Of a DNA stretch of 64,000 bases, positions 1-13,944 are shown piece by piece (the first letter of the stretch is position 1; the number at the start of each line of letters is the position of its first letter). The stretch is from Octopus vulgaris. Its lineage: Eukaryota. Location: the NCBI GenBank assembly GCA_951406725.2, contig OX597822.1, positions 24,986,001 through 25,050,000 of the forward strand, written 5' to 3'. Made by a program: the position numbers and the translations under genes. The notes under the pieces are model-generated. The model was not told the DNA's origin and ran no database searches. It worked only from the letters and a program-made list of their open reading frames with translations.

Positions 1-156
1 TTTCTTCCTGACATAGTTATGTGGAAGACGCTATATTTAGGCGAGAATCTTCTTATCTCCCAACTGCATTACAAGAGATAACATTATACGTACATAAGTA
101 CGCATGTAAACATGTGTGTGCATGTGTGTGTGTGTATATATATATGTATATATATA

Positions 157-557
157 TGGCAGAATCGTTAGCACGCCGGGCGAAATGCTTAGCGGTATTT
201 CGGTTGCCGTTAAGTTCTGAGCTCAAATTTCGCCGAGGTCGACTTTGCCTTTCATCCTTTCCGGGTCGATTAAATAAGTACCAGTTGCGCACTGGGGTTG
301 ATATAATCGACTTAATCCGTTTGTCTGTCCTTGTTTGTCCTCTCTGTGTTTAGCCCCTTGTGGGTAGTAAAGAAATAGTTATTTCGGCTGCCTATAAGTT
401 CTGAGCTCAAATTTCGCCGAGATCGACTTTGCTTTTCATTCTTTCAGGGTCGACTAAGTAAGTACCAGTTACTCACTGGGGTCGATGTTATCGACTTAAT
501 CCCTTTGTCCTTGTGTGTCCCCTCTATGTTTAACCCCCTGTGAGCAATTAAGAAATA
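157..557 (+). mobile_element. SINE family A, tandem dimer; both units end in the 'long' tail (...GCCCCTTGTGGGTAGTAAAGAAATA)
   Basis: Pol III-like head (TGGCAGAATCGTTAG; GAGCTCAAATT, cf. GAGTTCAAATTCC in other copies) and core GTCGACTTTGCCTTTCATCCTTT...AAGTACCAG...CTGGGGTCGAT shared with many copies in the window. The second unit restarts at ~378 without a head. Confidence 0.85.
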
Positions 558-568
558 AATATATATAT

Positions 569-637
<69 letters not shown>

Positions 638-972
638 TGTATGTGTGTGTATGTATGTATCTATCAACCTATCTAAAAGTATATAGACATGCAACGTTCA
701 TATCTTCCAATCTTCCAACAGTATTGACATTGTAGCTAACATTAAACATATGCATGCATCATACATATATATGTATCCCTGTATGTGTGTATATATATCT
801 ATGACCTATATCATGTATGTGTATATCCATATCCATCTTTCTATGTAAATATATATACTTGTGTATATATATATATATATATATACATATATATTATATA
901 CATGTATACGCACAAACGCGCGCACACAGGCACACGCCACTATTCACACATACATATATATGTATTTGTGCT

Positions 973-1042
<70 letters not shown>

Positions 1043-1410
1043 CATACCAAAGTTTCAGTTCCACTGAAACTGCAATCTGCATCTTGTTTGCGTTAGAGTA
1101 TATAGGGATATCATGTTCCAGTTTACCTTTAAGGTAGGACTTACGCCACCGTGAAATAACTTCTGAAAACTGTGTCAATGCGAAATTCCATCCCATTTCA
1201 TTACATCAAACAGGTTATTTCTTTCATAGGCAAAATACTTTCTGCCTTTCTTTTTCTGCTATATTTTTTTAACATTTTACTTCTCTTTTTGTCTTTTCTT
1301 TAATAACTAAGTGACACGATTCGCTGTAGTCTCTCAAATTTCAGCTATATCCTTTATAGCCGGATATACATACATACATACGTACATACATACATACACA
1401 CATACATACA

Positions 1411-1505
<95 letters not shown>

Positions 1506-1712
1506 GGTGTGAAAGTATATTTTGATACAGTGTACGTTAAATGATATTCATTTCTCACTGATATAAAACTTTCTTTTCTTGATCCTACCTATAACGGAAC
1601 AGTAAATTACACACACACATACATAACTCATAAATAAGGGTGCAATTGCTAGAAATAAGAACTAAAAAATATAACCCGAATAACACACAAAATCACCAAC
1701 CTCATGAAATGG

Positions 1713-1753
<41 letters not shown>

Positions 1754-2819
1754 TATACACATACATTTATGTGTGTGTGTGTATTAAAGTGACAAGTTTT
1801 GTATGGGAGTGGATGACTTCAATTAACTGATTAAGTCAAACCTCAACATATTACTGATATCTATGAAGGCGCCTATACATTGCCGACCTACTTTCTGGAT
1901 ATGCCCGCTAAACCTCCCTAAGATTAAGCAATAATGATTTAAAGCAGACAACACATTTTTGTTAACACACTATGTTTAAAACTACCAAACGAGATGGTCA
2001 TACCTAGAATGACTTCAATCATAATTCTGATCAATCACAGTTTCTTTGGTTATGAACAATCACCCCACATATCACAGTGTATGATGGTGGTCACTCGTAA
2101 TCCGAGAAAGATAGTTCTGCAATTTCTTGTTGATCAAACCTTTTAAGAAGTTATTTCATAAATGATTTGTTTATAATGATCAAATGTTGGTGTTGTACAT
2201 TAGCTCTCTCCAGCCGTCGGATCGATGTTACCTGAACAGGTGCACGATGTATAGCACATCAGATGTCGAAATGATCGCAAAGCAACCTAAGACGAAGTGT
2301 TTAGCTCAAGAATCGTTTCAAATTTTGGCTCAAGATTGGCAATGTTTAGAGGAATGGGTTAGGTGATTTCATCGACCTCCGGGTACTCGACTGGCGTTTT
2401 GTTTTATCAACCCCGTTAAGATGAAAGGCAAAACTGATGTTGAAGGAATTTGAACTCAAAACGTACAGAGCAGAAGAAAAAAAAAACGTAAGAACGAAAA
2501 ATGACGAAAATGAAAGAAAGAACATATAAAACAATTTAGAACGAATCGTGACGATTTAGCAATCAAGTTAATTTGAAATAAAATAAAAGACAAAAAAAAG
2601 AAAAATTTCTTCAGCGACCCACGTATCTGAACTTCAGTGCCAAGATATGGAGCTAGATTAGCAGACAAGGAAGATAATTTCAAAGATAAACTGAGACAGA
2701 ATAATTTGCTCCGGAATTTTTTTGTTGTTGTTGCTGTTGTCAAGATAAATCTTATAGATGAATCTTATACGTCTGTTCAAAATTGTCCTGACTCTTTTGT
2801 TGAGAACTCAAAATAACAA

Positions 2820-3225
2820 GCTAGCCGAGCGAGCGAGCGAGCGGGTGACCAAAAACTCGTCCACTCAACCAACCAAGTAACCATGCATCAAAGCAATTAA
2901 GCAAGCAAACAGCCAGGTAAGCAAGTAAGCAACTTGTCTGCCAGCAAGCCGGCTAGCAAGCCAGCCAGCTAGACATCGAACAACCGACCGACCGACCGAC
3001 CGACATAACACCCACCAAAATTACCAACCAAGCAACTAGCCAGCCAAACATCCATCCATCCATCCATCCAACCAACCAACCAACCAACCAACCAACCAAC
3101 CAACCAACCAACCAACCAACCAACCAACCAACCAAAAAAATCCAACTCTGCAATGACCAAACCGATCAACCAGCCAGCCAGCCAGCCAGCCAGTTAGTCA
3201 ACTAGCCAATCAGCCAACCAACTTT
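2820..3225. repeat. Compound tetranucleotide microsatellite (GAGC/CAAG/CCGA/CCAT/CCAA/CCAG)n
   Basis: Directly visible runs of related 4-mers. Confidence 0.9.
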
Positions 3226-3352
3226 CATGAGCGCGCATCTAGTTGAACCACTTGACAATGGGACAGCCGAACCAGCTAGAAAATAACGAGTAGTTTCAAT
3301 TTTGAGTTCGAATTCTCAGAAAGCTTTGCAAATTATTATTATTATTATTTAA

Positions 3353-3804
3353 GGCGTCAAGCTGGGAAAATCGTTAGCACACTGGGCAAAATGCTTAGCA
3401 GTATTTCGTCTGTCTTTGCGTTCTGAGTTCAAATTCCACCGAGGTCGACTTTGCCTTTCATCCTTTCGGGGTGGGGTGGGGGGTAAATTAACTACCAGTT
3501 GCGTACTGGGGTCGATCTAATCGACTGGCCTCCTCCCAAAATTTCGGGTCTTGTGCCTAGAGTAGAAAAGTTTATCAATTATTATTATATTTAAGGCGGT
3601 GAGCTGGGAGAATCGTTAGCACGCTGGGTAGAATACTTAGCGGCATTTCGTTTATCTTTATGCTTTGAGTTCAAATTCCATCGCGGTCGATTTTGCCTTT
3701 CATCCTTCCAGGATCGATAAAATAAGTACCAGCTGCAAATTGAGGACGATGTAATCGACTATCCCCTCCCCCAAATTTCAGGCCTTGTGCCTATAGTAGA
3801 AAGG

Positions 3805-3851
<47 letters not shown>

Positions 3852-4050
3852 TGAGGCGGCGAGCTGGCAGAATTGTTCGTACGTTCGTCTTTGCGTTTTG
3901 AGCTCATATTCTCCATAGGTCGTCTTTGCCTTTCATCTTATGGGGGAGGGTTTGATAAAATAGGTACCAGTTAAGTGCTGGGGTCGATGTAATCGACTTA
4001 TCCCTCCCCAGAATCGCTGGAATTGTGCCAATAGTTGAAATCATTATTAT
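3353..4050 (+). mobile_element. Three head-to-tail SINE A copies with the 'short' tail ending in (ATT)n
   Basis: Starts at ~3353, ~3595 and ~3855 (GGCG..GAGCTGG). Each ends CCCCAAATTTCAGGCCTTGTGCC...AGAAAGG-like followed by (ATT)n. Confidence 0.85.
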
Positions 4051-4552
4051 TACTTTTTTTATTATTCACTCTCATTCTCCTTACCCCAAAATGTTTCTCT
4101 CCCTGTAATATTCCATTTTGTCACGGTGGACTTATGTGTTAGAAGGAACAGCAGACACTTAAACATTAATGTTTTAAAATAATACAGCTCTTACACACAC
4201 ATACACACACGTATGTATGTGTTGGCAGCTCCCCTTCTCTTTTTGAAGAAAAAAACCTACGTTTAACCGACTGTTTTGTTTGTTTTTATTTTAGCTTGGC
4301 TATTGAATTAACTGAACGTCTACCCTCTGCGAATTCCTTTCACCTTATTTACATTTTCTCTTCTGAGGATTTTTTTCATCATCTTTATAAGTTTTGGATA
4401 TGAGCCAAGTATGTTGGTGAAGGATAGAAATAAGAGAAAAGTGCGCGCAGGGTTGATCATCGAGATGTGTTACTTACATAGGAGAAGGAAGAGGAGAGAG
4501 CGAAAGAGAAGGGTAAGGGGTGTGTGTGTGTATGTGGGTGTGTGTGTGTGTA

Positions 4553-4620
<68 letters not shown>

Positions 4621-4999
4621 GTCTTTCCTATTTGCACATCTTTGTAGTGTAATAGAGGAATGATCAAGATGTTAGTTATAAGAAGAGAGAGCGAAAGAGG
4701 ATAAACTGAATGAGTGAAAGAGAGAGAGAGAGAGAGAGAGAGGGGGGAGAAGAGATAGAGGACAGAAATAGATGGATATATAGATGGATAGAGAGGGTGA
4801 TAGAGAGAGAGAGCGAGAAGTATACAGAGAAGGAATAGGAAAGGAAGAAAGACAGAAAGGAAAGGGCCTTTTCTATTTACACATCTCCGTAGAATGGTAA
4901 AGGAATTTTCATTACCAACTCCAAATACCATTAAAATACCTCCAGTTATTTTTATGACTTTCGATCAACAATGTCAAAGTTACAAGTCATTTATTTATA

Positions 5000-5760
5000 T
5001 CACACTAAAGACTCACGTGGCAATCAATCGACACGGTTTCGCTTCTTGTTTGACACAACTTTTATTTCACTTGAAGTTGACATTGCCTTTCATTCCTTTG
5101 GGGTACCATTTGAACACTGGGGCCGATGTAATCGATTTAAACCTGCTGGGCTTGAGTCAAAATTTGGAAACGTTATTTGCTTCAGTTCATAAGACGGTAA
5201 AGATGGCAGGGTCGTAAGAGCATCGAACAAAATGCTTAGCGGCATTCCTTCTGGTTCTTTATGTTCGGAGCTCAAATCCCGCCGCAGTCAACGTTGCCTT
5301 TCATCCTTTCTGGGTCGATAAAATAAAGTACCAGTCAAGTACTGGCGTCAATTTAATCGGCTTTCTCCTCCCTTCAGAACTGTTAACCTTGTATCAAAAT
5401 TAGAAAGAATTATTTATTCTGGTTCTACGATCCGAGTTCAAACCCTAGCGAGGTCATATCTGACAGTCTTTTATCTTTTCGCTGTCGATAAAATAGAGTA
5501 AAATAAAGAACCAGATAAGCACTGAGGTCTTCCTCTAAATTTGTTGCCTCGTGTCTGTGCTGGAAACAATTGTTAAATGCTATCAGGGTAGTGGGGTGGC
5601 AGAATCGTTAGAATGCAGGATTGAACGAATATCTTGCAGTATTTAATTACGACACTTTTCATTCTTCGAGCTTCAAATCCCATTACAGTTGCTTATGTTT
5701 TTAATCCTAAGGCTGATAAAAATAAACAACAGGAAAAGTCAGTCATTTTAATCCTGCATC
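5000..5760 (+). mobile_element. Cluster of diverged SINE A copies
   Basis: Repeated degenerate GCCTTTCATCCTTTC.GGGTCGATAAAATAAAGTACCAG cores. Confidence 0.7.
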
Positions 5761-5776
5761 TACAAAACAAATACAC

Positions 5777-5862
<86 letters not shown>

Positions 5863-7159
5863 TTTTATATCCCAAAATATACTTGCTCTCACTGTTAAAT
5901 TATGTCCCTCGGTTTCACCCAATATGAGAAATTATCAATGGTGGTATTATCTTAGCAACATTGTTCAATACATATGGAATTATTATTAATCATTATCAAT
6001 GAAGATATTTTATTGATGTTGTTCCATACATACGAAGCCCAATATGTTTTGAAAAATAATAATATATATTTCTTGAAAATATAGAAGTGAGAAGTTTGTT
6101 TCATTTCATTTTACTTTAAAGTAATAAATATTTTTCTTTAGAAAATTACTATTCATGCCATCCTTTTGCATTAGCGCCAAGATATTTGGTAAAAGTTAAA
6201 TTATAATTATTGTACATATTCCATATTTTCTTGTATTACCCAGTGGCAAACGTATACTTCCAAATTTTCCCATTATATAACAGGTATAATCTAGTTTGTT
6301 GATATTCATTAAGGTTATATTATTCATACGACGAAAATAGATCATTAACGACAGTAATTATATACAGGTACTTCAAACACAGGCATCTCATTGGTACACG
6401 GCCACATACCTGTGATTTAACCAAGGGTTCTAATTTCACAATGAAACCAAATGTATATGGGATATAATACTATTTGAAAATTTGAATTATTTGGAGGGTC
6501 AAACTAACCTTTCACCGTTAAACATTTAGCTTTTGGGGTGCTATTTTCAATTGTTCTGTAATTCTATCTTATGAGATTACTCACGGTAAAATAGCATATG
6601 AAACAAGAACCCATAAAATGAAAGAGCGAAAGAATGAAATATATAAAAGTAAGTACAGAAACAAAGAAAGAAAGGTGGAATGGAAGAGAGAAAGCAAGAA
6701 TTAGTAAAAGTGGCTTTCAGAGGCTCAACACCTCCCCCTCTTAGCTAGAATGGAAAGTGGGAGTAAAACAGATTAGAAATCTCGTAAGAATGACTGCTGC
6801 TCTCAACTATTTACAGGTGAATGTTATACGATACATGCCAGTCATGTCGGATTCTGCTACTAGTTCTTACTAATGAAACTAACAGTATTTTTGTATCTAC
6901 TACAATACAATGTACGTTTGCAATTATTTTTCTCTGTAAGATATAAAAAATATGTACTTAGAATATAATTCCTTTCCTCCCTCTAGTGAGTCGCTTAGCT
7001 TAAGTTTCTCGCTTCTATTTTTTTCTGTAAGAGCTTAGTGAACGATGGTTGACTATGAAGATCTCTTAGAGTCAAAAACAGGAATTTAAAGTGAAGGAGA
7101 TAAAAAATTAGGAACAGGAGATTGTGTGACGTTCATGCTATTATCAAAGGTTTGAAAAG

Positions 7160-7560
7160 ATATATATAATTACCAGAATTGCGGAGAACTATGATGCTGC
7201 TTAAGCTTTTATTAGCTCTGATCGAATAGCCCTATGATCTACAATATTCTAGTTGTGACTACCGCATCTTTATTTGAACATAGTATATCTATGATTAGTA
7301 TATCTATGACTACTTTATTTCAGCACGTCTACCTATTATCAAGTATCGTTGTTCTTTGATTAAATACAATATATAATTACCAGAATATGAGGAGGTCACT
7401 GATGTTGTTTAAGTCCAAATTGATTCTAATCGAAAAGACTTATGACAATGATATTCCAACCGTGATTACCACACATTTATTTAAAGGTACTATGTCTACG
7501 AGCGCTTTATTTTAATGTCTCCTTCCATTTTAAAAACATTTTTAATGTGGCATTAGATAG
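7160..7560 (+). repeat. Two diverged tandem ~210-bp copies of an old dispersed repeat (family E)
   Basis: ATATAATTACCAGAAT...TGATG.TG.TTAAG...CT.ATCGAA.AG.C.TATGA occurs at ~7164 and ~7371. Related pieces lie near 1.9, 19.9, 26.4, 28.4, 31.4, 44.3 and 57.3 kb. Confidence 0.55.
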
Positions 7561-8088
7561 AAATTTAACTGTTACATTCACACGTTACTTGGCATTATCA
7601 GGGTTAAAAAAATTGGAGCTCAGAATTGGAACTGGAATCGCAAGCAGGGTTCAACGAGAACTGAGCTATATAATTAAGTAGATTACTGTATCGGCATAGG
7701 GATAGCTTTCTGTATAATTGAAAATTAATTAAATTTCTATATGAGTATTGGAGATAGTTTGCTGTGTAATTGGCAATTGCACATGTACGCTCATATATAT
7801 ATATATTGTCAGAAGAGGGGCAAACGATTATAGATGGGAATAGTTTATTTATATGAGATGTTACATAAACATATCCATATAAAACGTAGAAACTATCTTT
7901 ACAGCTGTTTCAAAGATGCGATGATTCGCTGATTTCCATGCTTATCTATTCTAAACTAATGTTTTCCCCTATATACATGTGTGTATGTGTGTGTGCGTGT
8001 GTGTGTATGAGTGTGTGTATTTATGTGACTGTATATATATAAATGTATATATATATATATATATATATATGCCTATACACACACACAC

Positions 8089-8119
<31 letters not shown>

Positions 8120-9595
8120 TATTACTGCTTATGTCAAATTATATATTGAACCAATTTAACCGGAAGCTGAAAGACTACTCACTACTTTTTAGTAGAGTAC
8201 TAGTCTAGGTCTCTTACAAGGAAAATTTGACTTCGAAGGTTTGGCTCGCCTCTCTGATGACGGTTGGTAAGGCGAAACTTCAAAGTAACTGTCAATCTTT
8301 TCGATGTAAAAATATACATACGTGTGTGTGTATGTGTGTGTGCATGTATGTATGTATATAACAGATAGACGAAGAATGAGAGAGGAGGAGGAAGAGAAAG
8401 TCCTGTGAGGCGCCACTTAACAGATTTTTATGTCTTCAGAGATCTAATGGAGATATAGTATTTTTAGAATGCCTCCCTGTCCATACGTATGCTTAAGTAA
8501 ATGTCGAAATCCATTCACATTAGATAGCTGTGTCTCGTATCTATGTGATTTCACATATCTTAGCCACTGGAATTATCAAACTGCTTGTTCTTTACCTTCA
8601 TTTACACAACACTTGAAACACGATACCCATTGTGCAATAGTAATTAGTTTGTGTGTACATGTATGTGTGTGTGTGTGTGTGTGAGTGTGTGTGAGTGTGT
8701 GTATGTAGATGCAGACATCAGTGAATGGCTGGCTAAGAAGTTTGCTTGGAAATACATAAAAAATTATACAAACCAATACATGTAGTTAGCTACCACCTTG
8801 CTTGCAAATAGAAATAAGGATTTCCTCCTCTAAGTACGAAAATTGAGTATCTTTTGATGAAATGAATTCTTAATTTTTTGAAATGATTTCTCATTTTTTA
8901 ATGGAGCAATTTTCAATTCATTAGCTTTTTTTTGCATACGTCGTTTAATACATCAACATCTTATCTAAATCCATTCTAATAGTTCACTAGTTCACTCGTG
9001 GTATTTGTCTTATCTCACGCGTTATAGTCATGCAAGTTATACTTGCGTAATAGCTCCATAACACTTTTTCTATTTGTAAAATGTTCTGTCCACTTCTCAA
9101 AAGAGTTTGTAGACAACTGCTACACTGATAAAGACTTACAAGACCGAAACATAACTGTATTTTCTGTGAAATTTATTCTGAATTCCTTAAAGATATCTCC
9201 CTTCTTTTTTCGAGAGTCGCTAACCATAGCCAGTAGGGTTCGCATTTCTTCTACTACGAAAAGGCAAGTTTCAATTATTTATGTATATTTTGGTGGCTTG
9301 AAAAACGGATTTGTGTAGCTGGTTTCAACTCTACATAGAGTTATCATCAGAAAGCATGCATTCAGTCAATCAGTCTACAAGGAGAGATAAATCTTACAGT
9401 AAGTTATTGTTATAGTATAATATAACTTCGTTAAGTGAAATCTGTTAACCTAATTTTCATAATAATGGTTTCTGACGAACATTGTCAATCAATGTGTGAA
9501 CCCTAATCAACTTATTTCGAATAATCTCAAATATAAAATACGAAATTTCTAATGAGATATAGTACAAACTTTTATCATCAGATATATTCTTTAAT

Positions 9596-9790
9596 TTACT
9601 GGTTTCAGTCATTTGACTGCGGCCATGCAGGAGCACCACCTTTAGTCGAACGAATCGGCCCCAGGAATTATTCTTTGGAAACCTAGTACTTATTCTATCG
9701 CCGTCTTTTGCCGAACCGCTAAGTTACGGGTACGTACACGCAGCAACATCGGTTGTCAACCGATGTTGGGGGGGACAAACACAGATACAC
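9596..9790 (-). mobile_element. SINE family B, 3' half
   Basis: Reverse complement of the 3' half of the full copy at 29599-29980. Confidence 0.85.
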
Positions 9791-9792
9791 AC

Positions 9793-9870
<78 letters not shown>

Positions 9871-9917
9871 GTATGTATGTATGTCGTGTGTGTGTGTGTG
9901 TGTGTGTATTCCACAAT

Positions 9918-10199
9918 GGCACTCCGTCGGTTATGACAATGAGGGTTCCAGCTGATCCGATAAACGGAGCATTTTGCTCGTGAAATTAACGTGCAAGTGG
10001 CTGAGCACTCCACAGACACGTAGTTGACGTACTTCAGCGTGGCAATGAATATGACAAGGCCGGCCCTTTGCCAGCTGAGTGAACTGGCGCAACGTGAAAT
10101 AAAGTGTTTTGCTCAAGAACACAACACGCTGCCGGGAATCGAACTCACGACCTCACGATAGTTAGCGGATTATTCTAAACACTAAGCCACACGCTTTCA
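9918..10199 (-). mobile_element. tRNA-derived SINE (family D-type head) sharing its 3' tail with family C
   Basis: Minus strand shows A box TGGCTTAGTG, B box GTTCGATTCCC and body TTGTGTTCTTGAGCAAAACACTT. The tail GTGTCTGTGGAGTGCTCAGCCACTT...AACCGACGGAGTGCC matches 39594-39695. Confidence 0.8.
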
Positions 10200-10251
10200 T
10201 ACATACATACACACACACTTGTCTTGAGTTCTATTTATCTTCTCTGTATCA

Positions 10252-10298
<47 letters not shown>

Positions 10299-10661
10299 TC
10301 TGATATATTCTATTTAATAGTATAAATATTTATGACGTATATGTTTGTATATAAACATATATGTGTATTTCCAGGTATAAACATACAAACACACATACAC
10401 ACACGTACATACGGGTAACTGCTCAGAAATTACATGTATGTACCCTTATATAACACTTATATACAGTTATCTCAACATGCACGCATTTGCAGGTATAAAT
10501 CCCAACCCTTATCAACAGAAGCATGTACCCAGTTATACACCAGCAGGTATATAAACAGACGTATACACAGCAGGTATGAACATAAAAATACAGACACGCG
10601 CCCACATAAGCTCAAATGTACACAGATAAGTGTCAGTAGGTGTGTATGTGTACATGAATAC

Positions 10662-10692
<31 letters not shown>

Positions 10693-10962
10693 TGTATGTA
10701 TGTATGTATGTATGTATGTATGTATGTATGGTTGGATGTATATATATATTTATGGATGGCTACATGTTTGTATATCTTTCATCCCGGGCACGCACATTTA
10801 ACTATTTACTGATGAAATTCAATAAGACCCTATTGCATTATCTAAGGTTTGTCTACAAGTAGCTATTTAAGGTTTGGAAGGTATCGTCTTTCCATAGCCG
10901 TACTTACCTGGTGCGGAGGCAGTGTAACACACACGCCCGCAAACACACACACACGCACACAC

Positions 10963-11024
<62 letters not shown>

Positions 11025-11201
11025 ATAAGCACAGCTCCAGCTGTCATATCTTTTTTTTCGTAGTCATCCTTCATAAAAATGCAATCTGGTTTGTTTTATC
11101 TCATGCCTCCCTGATGCTTCACTGCACGTTAGAACGATTAAGATAATGAAGGGTTAGTAAACAGCTCAACACAACAAAATTAGGGGACTCCAGCTTATTA
11201 A

Positions 11202-11940
11202 GGCGGCGAGTTGGCAAAATGGTTAGAGTGTCTGGAAAAATCCTTTTAGAGTATTTTTTTTCTGCCCCTTTTACGTTCTGAGTTCAAATCCCGCTGAAGT
11301 CATCTTTGCTTTTTCGTCCTTTCTGGGCAAATGAAATAAAATACCAATCAAGTTCTGGGGGTTGGTATAATCAACTAGCTCCCTCCTCTAAATTTCAGGC
11401 CTTGTGCCTTTAGTTGGGAGGGTTATTATCATTATTATTATTGATTAAAAATTATGGTACAGGTTCATTAATTTCGGGAGAGGAGGTAAGTCAATAACAT
11501 CGACCTCAGTGCGTAACTGGTACTTAATTTATCAACCCCGAAAGAATGAAAGGCAAAGTCGACCTCGGTGGAATTTGAACTCAGGGCGTAAAGACGGACG
11601 AAATGACGATAAGTATTTTTCCCGGCGTGCTAACGATTCTGCCAGCTCCCCACCTTAATTATTATCATTATTAAGGCAGCGAAGGCGGTTTGCGGGCAGA
11701 ATCATTAGCATGCCGGACAAAATGTTTAGAGGCATTTCGACCGTCTTTATGTTCTGAGTTTAAATTCCGCCGAGGTCGACTTTACTTTTCATGCTTTCGG
11801 GGGTTGATGAAATGAGTAACATTTTAGTACATGATTGACTAGCTCCTCCTCAACAATAGCGGACCTTGTGCCCATAGAAGAAAGGATTATCGAGGCGGTG
11901 AGCTTTCAGAAATGTTAGAATGTCGGATAAAAGGCAAGTA
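11202..11940. mobile_element. SINE A cluster: + (11202-11430), - (11455-11656), + (11683-11890), plus a further head
   Basis: Family A core visible in alternating orientations. Confidence 0.8.
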
Positions 11941-12850
11941 TCTACTGCTGTATACGTGACTGTGTGTGTGTGTTTGTCTCTGTAGTTTGTTCCATGCATT
12001 AAGTTATACAATTTCTTATGCAACGTAGCATTGAAAGAAATTTAGAAGCATATAACCCAGCACTGAAGACAAAATTTCTCTATGTATGCACGAGAAGTGT
12101 TTTTCAGTCGTTGCACTGTTTTTTTTATAACATTGTTGATATTAACAGAATTGTAAACCAAATAAATAGATAAATAAAAGAATTCAAAGCCAGCCATTTT
12201 CACAATTTTTTCCAGAGTAATTAAAATAACAAACAAATAGCGTTCGTTACAGACAACAAACAATAACAATAGAAACACCAACAGCAATAACAAATCACAG
12301 CGCCTATAACTAAAATTACAACAATAATTCTTTAAAATGGAGGGACTTTGAAAGCGAAAAAAAATTTACATAAAAAATGGTTAGTTATTGCTTTATAAGT
12401 CTTCTCTCGTCTTTTATCCTTCTCCATTACACCATATTGGTCGGATTTCCGTAAATTTAATCGTGGTCCAGAATAATTGCTTACAGTGGCGCCCTCCGGT
12501 GACAGCTTTATAAAACGCTAATCTTTAGATAGCATCAATTTTTGTAGATAGCATCAAAACTGAATAAAAGCTGAAATAAAATACCATGGAGATATTTTGC
12601 TAAACTGAAAAAGCTACAACAGCATTATTTTCGTACAACACTTTGAAAGAAAACAAACAGCAAGGTCCCATTTCAAAGATTAATATCTTAAACGAATGTG
12701 ATAAAAACTTTCCAGTAAGCGGAAATTCGTATATTTAACAAGAATCATGTCTCTTCTCTGCCATTTCCTTTCGTCTTTGTTTTTCTTTTCCTTTCTCCCT
12801 CACTTCTCGCTCTCATTCTTTCTTTCTTTTTTCTTTCTTTTTTTACATCC

Positions 12851-12891
<41 letters not shown>

Positions 12892-13051
12892 TCTCTTTTT
12901 CTTCCTTGCTTTCACAATGGAATTTTAAGTTCTGAGAACTTTGATGCAAGTTATTTATGAATTAGAATTAATATAATATGTCGCATGATTTCCTTTATAT
13001 TTACGTTACAAATGACCGTTAAGAAAATTCCGATATGTGTGTGTGTGTGCA

Positions 13052-13087
<36 letters not shown>

Positions 13088-13208
13088 TGTATGTATGTAT
13101 GTATGTATGTATGTTTGTGTACAGCATATATTTCATATATATTCTTCGTTACATATGACACCAATGCAGATTCGCACACACACACACACACACACGCACG
13201 CACACACA

Positions 13209-13274
<66 letters not shown>

Positions 13275-13944
13275 TATACACCAAAATAATATACTCATTA
13301 ATTATCGATGTTACGGCATGTCTAACTTCCGAATTTTGCCGTATGATCATAAACTAATATTTGTCGCCGTTGAATTACGAAATACAATTTAGTTCATACA
13401 TATAACATTCTGCTTACATTTTTACGCTCCTTATTCGCCAATATGTCATCATAATGTCTTGAAATAAGTCTAGTGTATGTATATGTATGTATATACACGT
13501 ATGAATATGTATGTACGTGTATACACACACGCATCCACAAACATACACAGAGATCCACAAACACACACACATAGTAGTGTATATATACTCATAGACATAT
13601 ACACGCATTTTACATGTGGGTCGTGGATATTTATGAATGTATGTTTGTTTAGATACAGTACACCTCTACTCACGCTCTCAAGGCCGTTTCTAAAATTCTT
13701 AAAATAAACTCTCTTGAAAAATTTAATTTAATTCGTTTCTTACTTTTTAATGGAATCAACTAAGACTGTTTCTTTTTCCCGTTTTGTCTTACATAACTTG
13801 CTATGTATATATGTATGTACGTACGTGTGTGTATGTGTATATATGTATGTACCTGTGTATGTATGAACGTATGAATGTATGTATAAACATACGCATACAT
13901 ACACATGTATGTGTATATGTGTGCATGTGTGTGTGTTAGAGGGG

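Noticed and set aside
8254-8290. CTGATGA...CGAAAC hammerhead-like core
   Set aside because: Stems I and II do not pair; at best a decayed Penelope motif.
10901-10920. TACTTACCTGGTGCGGAGG, resembling the U1 snRNA 5' end or a minus-strand CAG|GTAAGT donor
   Set aside because: Only about 11 nt match exactly, no remaining U1 body follows, and there is no plausible exon (it adjoins (CA)n).
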